A stretch of 64,000 bases of DNA, taken from contig CATNEN010000038.1 of assembly GCA_950097015.1 (NCBI GenBank), forward strand, positions 31,310,001 through 31,374,000, written 5' to 3'. Both the position numbers and the translations under genes were made by a program. Below are positions 47,761 to 59,526 of this stretch, in pieces; the stretch's first letter is position 1; each line of letters starts with the position of its first letter. The notes beneath the pieces were generated by a model. It was not told the DNA's origin. It made no database searches and saw only the letters and a program-made list of their open reading frames with translations. The DNA comes from Macrostomum hystrix. Lineage: Eukaryota; Animalia; Platyhelminthes.

Positions 47761-48892
47761 AGATTTGTTCTAGCTGGTCCGTCTCCTTCAGTATTTTTCG
47801 AGGCCTTCGTCAAGATTACAAGATGTATCGCGAAAGCTGGCAGCTATCTCGCGAATTTACTGTGTTTTGTTACAAACCGTTGTTTTGTTTAATAAACAGT
47901 TCGAATACGTCGTATACTGAAGTAAATCAATCCCGTATGTTCCTCGCTCATATTCGCATTTGTTTCTTAAAGATTTAAGCTAATTTTTTCCGTTCCTTAT
48001 GCTTAAATAAACATAGTGCAACGTGTTTTTCGTGCTGCTGTTAAAAGCAGTTTAAAATTCCCGAAGATTAAAACCAACGTAAATATATTCCCTTTTTTCA
48101 AAAAACCTTACGGCATTTATCGATTTGGCGTTCGTTTTTCTCGAATATGACTATAGGGCACAAGGGTAGCTTAAAAATTAACATTAATTGAATCTATAGT
48201 TGCTTACAGTTCCTGTATCGAAATTAATTGAATTTATATTGCATGAATCATGTTTTACATTCGGCATTCGTCTTCGGAAGATAGTAAGCGCGAGTATACA
48301 CAGAATTTTCAATTAGAGCTAGCTCGTTAGCTTATAACATAAGGGTGGCGACTAGTCTTTCCCAGCAATTGGTCACTAAACGCAGGTTTTGATCAAATCA
48401 TTTCCGGAGCTCTAATTATCTACTCAATTCTGCTACTGATCCACCCACGGACAAATTAGCTTGCTGCAGTAATTCGGCTAAATTTAAACAAAACACTGCG
48501 TAATGACATTGTTAACTTCGTTTATCTATAGTACAGAAATATCGTGACTGTTGAAGAAAAAAAGTTAAATATATGTATTTTCATTACGAGGCCCATATTG
48601 TTTCATTAAATAAAATCTTTCGTTTTCTTTAGTTTCGTTCGTTTGGTTTTTCACTGACCTTCACAAGCCGTATATAAAATAATTGTGTTGCAAATTAGAA
48701 TAATATTTCCTATCTTAATCATTTTACTAATTTTTATCTTAGCGTCAGATCTAAATAACAAAATGACAGCCATCTTTTAGATAATTAAAAAAACAATCCA
48801 TGTACACGGAATTTTTAGTCATTGATTTAATTCTTTATTACCAAACCCATTTCAGAAATTTTTCAGCAACTTACGAATCTAACGATTGTAAA

Positions 48893-51800
48893 ATGGCACT
48901 CCCCAATCCGAAGCAAGTTTCGGAGCGGGTACAGCTGATTAGGTCTGACTTCATCTACATCTACGATGTCACCACGGAAGCCATGGCTGCTGAAGTTGCA
49001 AGCTGTCTGGGAATTTATATCCAAAATGTTCTTGCAGAATATCCGCTTGCTCGCCAGCCTTGTGATGGCCCTTGGAAGTTTGTTTTATGCGATGTGATGC
49101 CAGAATTGCGACTTATGCTATTGCTTAACACAATTAACAAGACTGGCGCCAGGAGTAAGATTGTGTATCTTGAGACCAGTACTGGCTGCTCCCCAGCGAA
49201 TGCTGAACGACTGGATTTAATTCTTATGTACAATTTGCCGCAGAATAGAGAGCGCTTTTTAGCTTCAGTGCCCATTTCCGCAGATCAATTCTACTTTTCC
49301 CCTAACGCTAGCGCTGAGTTTGCCGCCGGATGTTGCTTTTTCGAGAGAATGTCATGGATGCAGCCCAAGCAGCTGGAGACAATTGCCAGCACTCTTAGTG
49401 TCGAGATTAATTTCCTATGGGTGGAGAGGGGTGATCCGCCATTTTTTTCTGAGGATGTCCGGCTTGGTCGAAGCACGTTGGATTTTGAGCCGCAATTCGT
49501 TACAACATTTGGTGTATCGTTTTCTATTCAAAATAGTGTCAGCAGTTTGGCGCGTCTTAACAAGCGCCCAGCTTCGTCTGATTCTTCCGAACAGGAGATT
49601 GAAAGTGCTAAGAAATTGTCCAGTGACGCTTCAGTAGCTACCGATGACATGGACAACGCGCTTCACTCTAGAAAACTGCAGAAACTGGCGTCTCCCATTC
49701 GAGATTCTTCAGAAAGTGAATCTGATGAAGCATCGTTCCCTGTCTTAACTCCGTCGACTAGCAATTCAGATGCAATGGCGTCGACATCCACATTCAATTG
49801 TGGAGTTGCTGCTGGCGTCAATCGATCTTATTCCGAGTTGACAACCTTCTCAAAGGGTACAATTCGCGTGGCTGGATCTGAGCTGCTCCAACAGTGGATT
49901 CACGATGGTCCAACTGCTCCAGTGCCAAAACTTACTGCAGGCAAATCGCGTAGTCCAGTCATTGCAATGACAACCAGTCCAATTAGACATTGGATTCTTA
50001 GCCCATTTAAAGCGGATGTCGCTGACGAGCGAATCAGAGATGGAATAGTTGGCTGCTTAGATAATGTTGACCAGGTGCTTGTACTTCCATACTTGGACTC
50101 AAGTGAAGTTATTCGCAAGCGGGTGGTATTTACGGAACGAACACCGGATTATAGAACTATTCGCTCGCGCCTCGATACCCTCTGTAATAGTATGAGCCTA
50201 TCCGAAGTTTTAAGCTCTGCGAGGCTAAACTACGAATGCATGCTCGCTGAGAGCCCTAACTCTTACGACCACAGTCGATCCACTAGCTCATGGGTGCCGC
50301 TCAGCTTCGCAGCCGCAGAGAAGCTCAAGTGCGAGTTTCTTCTTATAACCAACGTACACACGTGCACTAGTCAAAACCTTGACACTTACATCAAGACCAG
50401 ATACCATCAAGCCGAGTGCTTTCATCTGGTTTTTGTCAGGGCGCTTGCCTACGTTATTATTAAGTTCAAGTCATACGATGAGTGTCTGCAAGCATACATG
50501 GCCATGCAATTCCGCCGCGGTGCTTCCTATGTTCACCATGTGTGCCAGCTTGACTATATAAGTTTAATTGACTGTCGTCTTCGCCTACCAAGCCATGACT
50601 TTCTTAGTTGGATTCCGACTAAAACGACTGGTTCCACGCGTGCCTCTGCCGAAGCTTCTAGCGCGAGAGTTGTACCTCATTGTAACTGCCATCCCACTAA
50701 CGATTTTCTTCGCGTTTCCCGCCAAGTATCGTTCCAAAGTTTAGTGCGCCACATCGAAAACACGCTTCGATTGTTTGAAATCGATCCCGCAAAGGCTCCA
50801 GCATCTCTGGTTGTGAGAACTGCTGAGCTGCTATTCGATCCTAATAACGCAAAGTTCGATGATCCTGACTCAGTCCGTAATTTCTACGGGATGTTAGGAA
50901 ACGAGTACTTAGCCTTTGGCAGCATTAACTGCTCTGAACCAGGCGTCGTTATACCTGGACTCGCTTACCGCCTAAAGTGGATTCTAACTGGCCCAATAGT
51001 TAGCCGAAAGCCACTGCCAAGAGGCAAATTCTATCGAACTGTCAGTTCCCCAATACGGCACTGGTACATTTCAAATTTAAAGCATGGTATTGCTAATCAG
51101 CGTCTGGAGGCGGACATTGTGTTAGCCCTTTCTCATATTGATCAGTTGTTGATCTATCAGCTACCTTCGAACCAGTTTGGCCTCCAAAAGTGTGCTGTAT
51201 TTACAGAGTCTGAGCCATCTTGTGAAGAAATGCGCTCTCGAATTAAAAGAGCCCTGGGCACCCTAGGTACTCTATCCAACAGCGCCACCGTTGATTTTCA
51301 AGTGCGGTTGTCCGAGGATTCAACAATCGAGTCCAGCGCTGTTGTTCACTGGGTCCCGCTCTCCTACGAGACAGCGCAGGCTATGGAGACTCAGTTCCTC
51401 TTTGTCACCGGCTTCCAGCCGTCGCGCACACCTGGCCTGATTGTTATTAACTATTTAGCCTCGTATTTACCGAACGCTTTAAGCATCTATGCGCCATGCT
51501 ATTTGGACAAAAGCTTAGACTATGCTGTGCTGCGTTTCTCCAACTGGGAATACTGCGCTGATGCCTATCGCTATATGGCGGCCAACGCCGACACAACCGG
51601 CATTCATGGCCGGCTTGTGTGCATGTTGGATTACGTTGAAATCGGAGATTCCGTTCTTCGAGTGCCCTGCCACAATGTTCTACCCTGGTATGAAGCCAGC
51701 GCGACGCCTTCAAACATCAAATCGTTGGCGCTTCTACCTTACGACAAAGCCGACTTTAACTGCAACTGCCATCCGCAGCCGAACTGTCTTCGCCAGTGCA

Positions 51801-51925
51801 TCGCTAAAGACAAGCTGCCATTGGTTGCCACTTGCACCCTTAACTGGGCCGCCATGCCGGTGAAAGCGAACACGGTCAATCAGTGCGTAATGGACATGCT
51901 GCGCAACAAAGCGAACCAGAAGTAA
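48893..51925 (+). CDS. Intronless ~1010 aa protein of unknown function with two copies of a ~240 aa RRM-like/Cys-His module
   Basis: 3 kb uninterrupted ORF. TTTCAG acceptors just before the ATG at 48893. Internal duplication SPIRHW...WVPLS...C.LDY...CNCHP. Confidence 0.8.
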   Translation: MALPNPKQVSERVQLIRSDFIYIYDVTTEAMAAEVASCLGIYIQNVLAEYPLARQPCDGPWKFVLCDVMPELRLMLLLNTINKTGARSKIVYLETSTGCSPANAERLDLILMYNLPQNRERFLASVPISADQFYFSPNASAEFAAGCCFFERMSWMQPKQLETIASTLSVEINFLWVERGDPPFFSEDVRLGRSTLDFEPQFVTTFGVSFSIQNSVSSLARLNKRPASSDSSEQEIESAKKLSSDASVATDDMDNALHSRKLQKLASPIRDSSESESDEASFPVLTPSTSNSDAMASTSTFNCGVAAGVNRSYSELTTFSKGTIRVAGSELLQQWIHDGPTAPVPKLTAGKSRSPVIAMTTSPIRHWILSPFKADVADERIRDGIVGCLDNVDQVLVLPYLDSSEVIRKRVVFTERTPDYRTIRSRLDTLCNSMSLSEVLSSARLNYECMLAESPNSYDHSRSTSSWVPLSFAAAEKLKCEFLLITNVHTCTSQNLDTYIKTRYHQAECFHLVFVRALAYVIIKFKSYDECLQAYMAMQFRRGASYVHHVCQLDYISLIDCRLRLPSHDFLSWIPTKTTGSTRASAEASSARVVPHCNCHPTNDFLRVSRQVSFQSLVRHIENTLRLFEIDPAKAPASLVVRTAELLFDPNNAKFDDPDSVRNFYGMLGNEYLAFGSINCSEPGVVIPGLAYRLKWILTGPIVSRKPLPRGKFYRTVSSPIRHWYISNLKHGIANQRLEADIVLALSHIDQLLIYQLPSNQFGLQKCAVFTESEPSCEEMRSRIKRALGTLGTLSNSATVDFQVRLSEDSTIESSAVVHWVPLSYETAQAMETQFLFVTGFQPSRTPGLIVINYLASYLPNALSIYAPCYLDKSLDYAVLRFSNWEYCADAYRYMAANADTTGIHGRLVCMLDYVEIGDSVLRVPCHNVLPWYEASATPSNIKSLALLPYDKADFNCNCHPQPNCLRQCIAKDKLPLVATCTLNWAAMPVKANTVNQCVMDMLRNKANQK

Positions 51926-52442
51926 GAAAGCTCGTAGGTAATTTTTGAACTAGGCTTTATTAAATTGTTTTTATATAGCCAGTGAATATAAAATGTTTAA
52001 AAATAGAATCGTACCCAACTATAAACCTCTAACCATCTTTGTAATTATTCAGTGCGCCTAATCACCTACTCTTAAGATTGAACTATGGTTTATATACATT
52101 GTGTGCAAAAATTATACTAGCTTTTATACCATTTTTATCAGTTGAGCTATACGGTATCTCGATGTTATTAATTTCGGAAGTATGATTCACTTAATGAGAT
52201 TAAAGTCTAAAGACTTTAGTATGGTTTTAAGAAGTTTTTTTTGCTTTTCTAAAAGCGTCTTAATTTACTTCACTTAAATTAACTCGATTAGCTCTAGGAG
52301 AGGTACAAATCAAACTAATACTAAATATTATGTGTACATTATAACTAAATTCAATCCCCTTATATCTACCGCTATCAGCTTGTGTCTGGTCACATTTAGC
52401 TGCTTTCTTCTACTGTTGGCATTTAAGATGTCGATGCAACTT

Positions 52443-53746
52443 GGTTGTTCGGAAAGTTCGCGGACAAACTTGAAAAAAACTGTAACTGCATACGTATATG
52501 AAAACATTAGTTGTCAACCTTCTCAATATACGTGCCCTTGAGGCAGACACACTTGTGCCATCGCTCTGGCAGCTTCTCAATTCCAGCAGCGAAAAATTCT
52601 CTGGGGTCCCTCTGACCCACTGGCTGATGGCAGAGGCCATGGCCTGTACGCTACTGTACCGGTGACCTCGGAGGGATTCCTTCATCTGCCCAAACAGCCA
52701 GTAGTCGCTCGGTGCTAGGTCTGGCGAGTACGGCGGATGCGGCAGCAGCTCGAAGCCCAGGTTGGCGATGGCAGCCATTGTTGCCTGACTGGTGTGAGGC
52801 CTGGCATTGTCCTGCTGCAGCAGGATCCCCCTGGTCAGCTTGCCACGGCGCTCACTCTTGATGGCTTCACGCAATTTCTGAAGCACTTGGATGTAATAAG
52901 CACTGTTGATGGTAGTGCCTCGTGGAAGCCAGTCGATGAGCAGAATGCCCTCTTTGTCCCAGAAGACGGTGGCCATCTGCTTGCCAGCTGATGGTACAGT
53001 CAGGGCCTTCACTGGGGCAGGTTCATCAGCTCTCTTCCACACGCTGCTTTGCTTCTTGGACTCCGGTTCGCTATAGTGGAACCATGACTCGTCTCCTGTC
53101 ACAATTCGGTCCAAAAATTTCGGATCATTGCGGTAGGCCTGCAGGAGCTGCTGACATGCACGGACCCGTTCGCGCTACTGGTCATCCGTCAGAAGCTTCG
53201 GGACCCAGCGAGCGACAACCCGTGACATCCCAAGCTCGGCTGTGAGAATCCCATGGACTGCTGTCGGTGAGATACCCACTATCTCTGCCAGTTCACGTAC
53301 TGTGACCCGACGGTCGACATCCAATGCCTGGCGTACACGCTCGATGTTAAACTTGTTGACCGTGGTGGCCGGCCTTCCACTGCGTGGCAGATCTTCGACC
53401 GTCTCCCAGCCTTCCTGGAAGCGCTGTACCCACTTGCTGACCATTGTCTTCGAAGGGGCATCTTTCCCATATGCCTCTTGTAACTCGCGGAGAATGTCGG
53501 CTTGACGCTTCCCTTGCCTTCACAAAAATCGAATGACACTTCGCTTGGCTTCTTCGTTATTTTGCATAGTGTCAAAATCAGTGGGTAACGAAAAAGATTG
53601 CTGTGAAAAAATGCATTGAGCAAATCTGAGCGCAGTAGCTTTAAAACTTGTGGGACATATTTGTTGTCTATGGCCAAAAGTATAGCTACACAGCCTTTTG
53701 CTTATTGAAAATTGAGTTTGTCCGCGAACTTTCCGAACAACCCTCA
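52443..53746 (-). mobile_element. Mariner (DD34D) transposon with a dead transposase
   Basis: 28-bp TIR GGTTGTTCGGAAAGTTCGCGGACAAACT and TA at the right end. Motifs WVPKLL, TGDESW, QDNARPH, YSPDLAPSDY. Premature stops at 53520 and 53175 plus a C-terminal frameshift. Confidence 0.93.
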
Positions 53747-54384
53747 TACATTTAATTAATCACCTCTCTGTTAAAATGATTCAGTTTGATTTACTAATTG
53801 TTTCGCTTGTATTGCAGTTGGATTTTGTGCATTTTTCTGGCTTGCTCCATCACAAGTGAGTGCATATATCCGTTTTTGCTAAGTCCAAATGATCAGTAAT
53901 GTACAAATAAAAACGCGTTGAATAAAAATACTCAATCATTTGTCTTTTGTAACTTGTCGAACACATATCAGGTGTGTCTAAATACACTCAATCTAGCAAA
54001 CTACTATTGAAGTTTAACTATAACATAAATGTATTCCTAAGTTAAGTGTATTAACCGCATTTTTTACTTGAACGAGTATCCTGTGACCATATACTCGCTG
54101 TCACAGGATTAACTGTGAATTGCTGAGTAATTTATTGAGTTTGTAGGCAGGAGTAAGGTATCCGGCGGTCTCAATACCTCCATGCACTTATAAGGACTCG
54201 AGGTAGTTTTAGTGATAACATCGGTCTCTTTGTCGAGAATATCAAGGATCGAGTGATAGAAAAGCAAATCTGACAAAATTTAGAAACTTCTTATTTCTAA
54301 AAGACGGACTTTAAACCTACTCTAAACGTTGTGCCTTGTAAACCACTATCGGAGTATAGGAATTCTGAGTAATGGCAGTGTTGT

Positions 54385-55548
54385 TTAAGTCGCGCAGTAG
54401 GCCTCCAGCTGTTGCAAGTCTGCCAGATTTAGATTCGTGGAGGCTATGGCGTAGCAAACTATTAAACCCGTCAGCCCGTAGGCTGGCTCAGAATCAAAGC
54501 CGAGACGCAGACAGCGCGGAGCAGCAGTAAAGGTCCAGGGCTGGTTGCTACCAATGGACTGCATGCTACCGTTCAGATAAAAGTTGGTGACACTACCGCT
54601 AGTAAAAATCACGCCCATGTTTGCCATGTTTGTTGCGAAATTAATACTTAGTAAAGCGCCGCTAGTCGACTGACGGACCTCACTCCTGACTTGGCTGGGA
54701 AATGGATGTTCTATCCAGACGCGACCGTTGCGATCGGCAAATCTGCCGGTATAACTAGCTGCGTTGCTACAGTCGTAAAAGTAGTGGTATGTGGTCTGGT
54801 ACCAGGTCTGGCGCTTCGCCCGCACGAAGAATGTAAAACTATTTCCATCTGAGAGATGGTTTGTCGTCAGCAAGCCGCTCTCCGTGTCTACCTCCAAGTA
54901 GGCTGTACTGAGCGCTCCGGTGGGCTGTGTGAAACTAGCGCCGTCGGAGTTGCGTGTGACAGCACCGTGCGGCGTGACGGCGTACTTGGCCGGGTTGGCT
55001 ATGTTTGAGTAGCCTTTGCGAAAGTCGAATAGAATCAGTAGCTTGCTGGTTAGGCTAGCGCTAAGACCTGGTATGACACCTTCTGGCGCTGTCGTCGCGG
55101 TTCCCACGGGAGCTGTGGCTGCTACTACTTCAATTGTTGTAGTTGTTATCACTGAAAGCGTTGGCGCTATGTTAGACTTGGTAAATGTCGCGGATCCGCT
55201 GAAACCAATGTCAACGGCCCAGTCTTTCATATAGCTGACGCAGTTGCTGGTCAGTCTAGTATCGACATTGTCCCACAATGTACTCAATTGCGCCGCATTG
55301 CCGTGATAGCACTGCTTATTTGCAGACAAAAAGTACAGGCCGCCACATTGTGACTCATCTACTAGACTGCAACAGGCGGCCGCGCAAGAGGCTAGATCCT
55401 GCCAAGACTGAGCCGTCAACTGCAGCAGACTTGCAGCTGTTGGGCATCGCTGCACAGCTAGAAGAATTTTGCGCTGCTCCAGCTGCACATTGACCATGCC
55501 TGTAATGCACGCAGCTGCGATAGCAATTGGTAGCAGGGCTCGAATCAT
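54385..55548 (-). CDS. Secreted protein: signal peptide, PAN/apple-like domain, Thr-rich linker, LamG/ConA-like domain
   Basis: Intronless ORF with a hydrophobic N-terminus, C-xxx-C...C...CY apple pattern, and a beta-rich C-terminal region (FYLNG, LRLG, GLIVCYAI...L). Confidence 0.65.
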   Translation of the reverse strand: MIRALLPIAIAAACITGMVNVQLEQRKILLAVQRCPTAASLLQLTAQSWQDLASCAAACCSLVDESQCGGLYFLSANKQCYHGNAAQLSTLWDNVDTRLTSNCVSYMKDWAVDIGFSGSATFTKSNIAPTLSVITTTTIEVVAATAPVGTATTAPEGVIPGLSASLTSKLLILFDFRKGYSNIANPAKYAVTPHGAVTRNSDGASFTQPTGALSTAYLEVDTESGLLTTNHLSDGNSFTFFVRAKRQTWYQTTYHYFYDCSNAASYTGRFADRNGRVWIEHPFPSQVRSEVRQSTSGALLSINFATNMANMGVIFTSGSVTNFYLNGSMQSIGSNQPWTFTAAPRCLRLGFDSEPAYGLTGLIVCYAIASTNLNLADLQQLEAYCAT

Positions 55549-56282
55549 TTTTCTGAGACGCTTTTTAAACAGCAAAGCGTTCTACATGCATTCCCGCCTG
55601 TTAAATTGCTATATACTAGGGCTTACAGCCATTCCCTATATAACCGACTAAGTGTCTGGGGTGGGGATCCTTAAACACGATGAAATGCCACTGAAAGCTC
55701 TTTCATCGATTTTTTGTTTAAATCTTCAATTCTCATTTATTATTCCTATAAGCAAGTCACGATCTTTACGTTAATCAATTAACAGGTTCACTTGAAATTC
55801 CTTTAACAATTTTTGCATGCCATTCATACTGAACAAGTATCAAAAAGATATTCAACTTCAGACTTGAAAGATTATTCAACTTGAAACCGAGAACTCGTCT
55901 GAGCGTCTGAATCTTTAAGACGTATGATTGACATCTTTGAGAAGGTACTGGTCTTGGTACTTGACATCAGCGTTTCAAAGGCAGACAAAAATGCTAATAA
56001 GGTAATTTTTGCAGTGTTTAACTCCAAATTCTAGGCCTTCTTGTCGAAATCAGCGCTGGTATAGACAGCGAAATCTATTGTTCTAAAAAACAATGAAATG
56101 CGCAAACAATTCGTAACTTGCCTAATAACTAGTAGAATTCTTTTAGAATTAGACGAGTCAAACTTTGAGTGCACTTGAGAGCACTGCACTATCCTTACCT
56201 TTTGAAGAGACTCAAATGTAGTGAACTGTGTCTTGAATTCAATGCATGGCTATACATCTTGCTGCGATTAAAGTCTCTGAAT

Positions 56283-56622
56283 GGGGGTGAGTAGCAAAGC
56301 GGTCTAACGTCGCGTCAGCCTCTCGCACCAAGGTCCCTGAGCTCGATTCCGCGGTGAGACTACATTCATTTGGGGCGCAGTCAACGAGAGAAGGCTTGTC
56401 CTGCAATTTACGCCGAGGGACTACTTAAACTACTGTTTTAAGTAATTAGTTTAAGTAGGGCCAACCTCCAAGGCATAGTGAAAGTGCACACTGACTGACG
56501 TCGAGAAAGTCAGGGTAGATATACACACCCGTGTACACACCCGCTCAGGGAGTCAGCGGAATGGGCAAATTGCCTCCTGGCTAGCTGCGGATCTACTGTC
56601 ACCAAATAATGTGCCAGTGCCC
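56283..56622 (+). mobile_element. tRNA-derived SINE, copy 3
   Basis: Homologous to copies 1 and 2; carries a palindromic CTACTTAAACTA...TAGTTTAAGTAG insert. Confidence 0.72.
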
Positions 56623-56650
56623 CAAAATCGGGCTTAGATTGCACAAGCTT

Positions 56651-56713
56651 CCCAAGCCTTCTCTCCACGGATGTGCCCCTAATAAATGCAGTCTCGCCGC
56701 GGAATCGAGCTCA
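56651..56713 (-). mobile_element. Inverted 5' fragment of the SINE
   Basis: Reverse complement of GAGCTCGATTCCGCGGCGAGAC...GAGAGAAGGCTTG. Confidence 0.6.
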
Positions 56714-57364
56714 AAAGCTCTGCTCTGAGACGCTCTTACCCGGCGTGCATATGCGAGTATAAAGAAAAATTACAAGAAACTCTTAAAGCAATTGATAACA
56801 AATAGAATATGTATATCTTCTTCTGAGCATAATTCTCAAATAAATATATCCAAAAGACCTACATGGAGTGAGTACTTTATTCCTTTTGATGTACTGTTTA
56901 TTAAAATAGCTTACTTTATTTTTACTTAGGAAATATAATACCCCCAGCAGCTGTGAAATAAGGACAAATTAGCTGGGTTAAAAAATGGCCAATGGGCATT
57001 GGTGTGTCGGCCTCCACAATTCATGAACTGAACAGTTACACACGGCAGGAGCTACTGCAAGTTTATGAAATAGCGGTACATCCCGCCCTACTGCATAGGC
57101 TGAGTGGCATCTGTTTATGAACCTGAGTAATGATGACTCAAGTTGAGTTCTACTTATAGAGTGTGATGAATCTGAATTTCTGAAGAAATTCTATCTTTAG
57201 CACACAGGGCTGCAGCTACATGTCTGGCTGGCTGAATTAGAATTCAACGAGCCAATTTAATCTTTCTATGAGCTCTATATATAAATACTGAGGCATAATA
57301 ATGGAGAAAGCGTTAGAAATTGTAGCGTTTACGTCAGAGTTTCAAAGTAGAGTTTTCTCCAGCT

Positions 57365-57763
57365 CTAGTTGTAGTGAATTAGGTTGATGTCGACCTCATA
57401 GTCACTTTGGTCCTCAAAGACAGGGACATTGTGCGTAGTGTCATTCAGATAGTCGCCCTTCCTAATCCACTCATTGTCGGTGGGTTTCCAGCCGACATTG
57501 ATGGTGGCGGACACCGAGTACGCATTGGGTATGAAGCCGGTCTCCCGTCTGAGAGCTCCTGTCAGCGAGTAAGTCAGAGCTTGAGCACCGTTGCGGTTGT
57601 AGGTTTCGCTGATCTCAACTGACGACTTGGCCAAACGAACAGCCGGCGCGTCCATGAGAGACGTGTCCGACAGGCCAACGGTTAGGTAGCTGGGCGATGG
57701 CAGGCTGGCCGGGTTGCTAGGCAACAGAATTCTGCCGTGCACCGTGATTGATGGTTGTGCCAT
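57365..57763 (-). CDS. YbaY/YscW-like protein, copy 1
   Basis: V.G.I...LP...L.V.LSDTSLMDAPAVRLA...YSVSATI...DT resembles the bacterial YbaY/YscW domain. Confidence 0.75.
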   Translation of the reverse strand: MAQPSITVHGRILLPSNPASLPSPSYLTVGLSDTSLMDAPAVRLAKSSVEISETYNRNGAQALTYSLTGALRRETGFIPNAYSVSATINVGWKPTDNEWIRKGDYLNDTTHNVPVFEDQSDYEVDINLIHYN

Positions 57764-58254
57764 GTTGTGACACCAATATCGCTGAAGAGAGTGGTATTGG
57801 ATGAATTACAGGTGAGCAGTTAAGCAATAAACTTCAGGATAGTCAAGTTAAGCAGGATTAGAAAAGCAGGCGCAAAGGAGCAGAAAATTAAAATTGGAAA
57901 ACAAGAAAATATTCAGGGATTATAAAGTTTCGTTACTTATGTTTATAATATATTAACGCATTAATAATTTGTGTCGTAATTTACAGTGCCGCAGAAAATT
58001 CTTATACTTAATTTATTAACTCGTTGAAAAAGTGTTTCGTCGATTTTGTCGAAAGAAAATTATCATACAGGCTTATAATCGCTGCATTTTTATTACTAAC
58101 TTTACTTTTAAATTACTGTTCCTTATCAAATTAGGCTGCAAGAATTCAGTAACAAACCTTCAAAAACAAAATTGTCAACAAAACAATAGCAGTAAAAAAC
58201 TTCACGGAAAATTTGATTAGAGTAAATATTTAAATTATGGTTCGATTCAGCAAG

Positions 58255-58662
58255 CTAGTTGTAGTGAATGAGGTCAATGTCCACCTCGTAGTCGGTTTGA
58301 CCCTCGACCACAGGCACATTGTGCATCGTATCGTTCAGATAATCGCCCTTCCTCAGTCTCTCCTGCTCTGTAGGCTTCCAGCCGACATTGATGGTGGCGG
58401 AGACCGAGTACGCATTGGGTATGAAGCCGGTCTCCTGTCTGAGAGCTCCGGTCAGCGAGTAGGTCAGAGCTTGAGCACCGTTGCGGTTGTAGGACTCACT
58501 GATCTCAACCGAGGACTTTGATAAACGAACGGCCGGCGCGTCCATGCGTGAGGTGTCTGACAGGCCGACGTGCAGGTAGCTGGGCGATGGCAGGCTGGCC
58601 GGGTTGCTAGGCAACAGGATTTTGCCATGTACCCTGATTGGCTGCTCTAGCGGTGTCGACAT
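58255..58662 (-). CDS. YbaY/YscW-like protein, copy 2
   Basis: Close paralog of copy 1; TTTTCAG acceptor upstream. Confidence 0.75.
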   Translation of the reverse strand: MSTPLEQPIRVHGKILLPSNPASLPSPSYLHVGLSDTSRMDAPAVRLSKSSVEISESYNRNGAQALTYSLTGALRQETGFIPNAYSVSATINVGWKPTEQERLRKGDYLNDTMHNVPVVEGQTDYEVDIDLIHYN

Positions 58663-58789
58663 TTGACCAGTTCGCGTTTTTTAAGCTACTGAAAATGAGA
58701 AATGGCTTTTTGTGTACGACACAGAAAACTCGTTATAAAAAGTCGTCAGGACTACAAGCAATCTGCAGCTACAGCAACTGTATAGACTA

Positions 58790-59144
58790 TAGCATTTTGC
58801 AGTCAAGCTTGAACTGCGGGCATTCAAATTAGACAAGAAGGGAAGAGCCAAATTTCAGAATCCGTCCCCAAGTCAAGCAGAACTTTATGTCTGTGGCACA
58901 AACTGAAACACACTGACGGGCATTCAATTTAGACAACGGGCATTCAAATTAGACAAGCAGCGGAAAGTCTATGTGTGCCAGAGAGAAAGACCATGGACAA
59001 TCCGATTCGTCGCTATGCAAGAATTTCCAGAGAGAAGCGTGACCTCATTATTGGGGCATGCCAACGTGGTGACTCTGTGGCTGAAATTGCCAACATGTTG
59101 GATGTCAAGAGATCATCAATGTCAAACTTGACTGCAAAATGCTA
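58790..59144 (+). mobile_element. Internally deleted Tc1/mariner-superfamily element
   Basis: TIR TAGCATTTTGCAGTCAAG flanked by TA; retains an HTH-like start MDNPIRRYARISREKRDLIIGACQRGDSVAEIANMLDVKRSS; three copies of CGGGCATTCAA(A/T)TTAGACAA. Confidence 0.8.
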
Positions 59145-59526
59145 TATTTAATTATAGCTAAATTATGAGTCCATTTTCTAAGAAAGAAAATTGCACACCG
59201 TTAGGACTTACATGAAAACTCGCAGAATTGTATATTTCATACGTGATATATTGCTAGCTAAGTACAGATTATTTATTTGGTTTCAGTTTAGTTACGCTGA
59301 CGCGAATCAAATAATAAATAAGGTACGTGCGCCGATTTTCTACGTGTAACAGTTAAAAAGGGATTTCTTACTGAAGATGACGAGTTCCTTTGCTGCGCCT
59401 AAATACAGACACACATAATTGTAAAACGCAGGAAAGAATTTTTCAGGGGTCGCTCAAAAACAAAATTTCTAATAAAATGAAACAGCATTTTGTAAAGTCA
59501 CGAATGTCAACTCGATGCATCTATTG

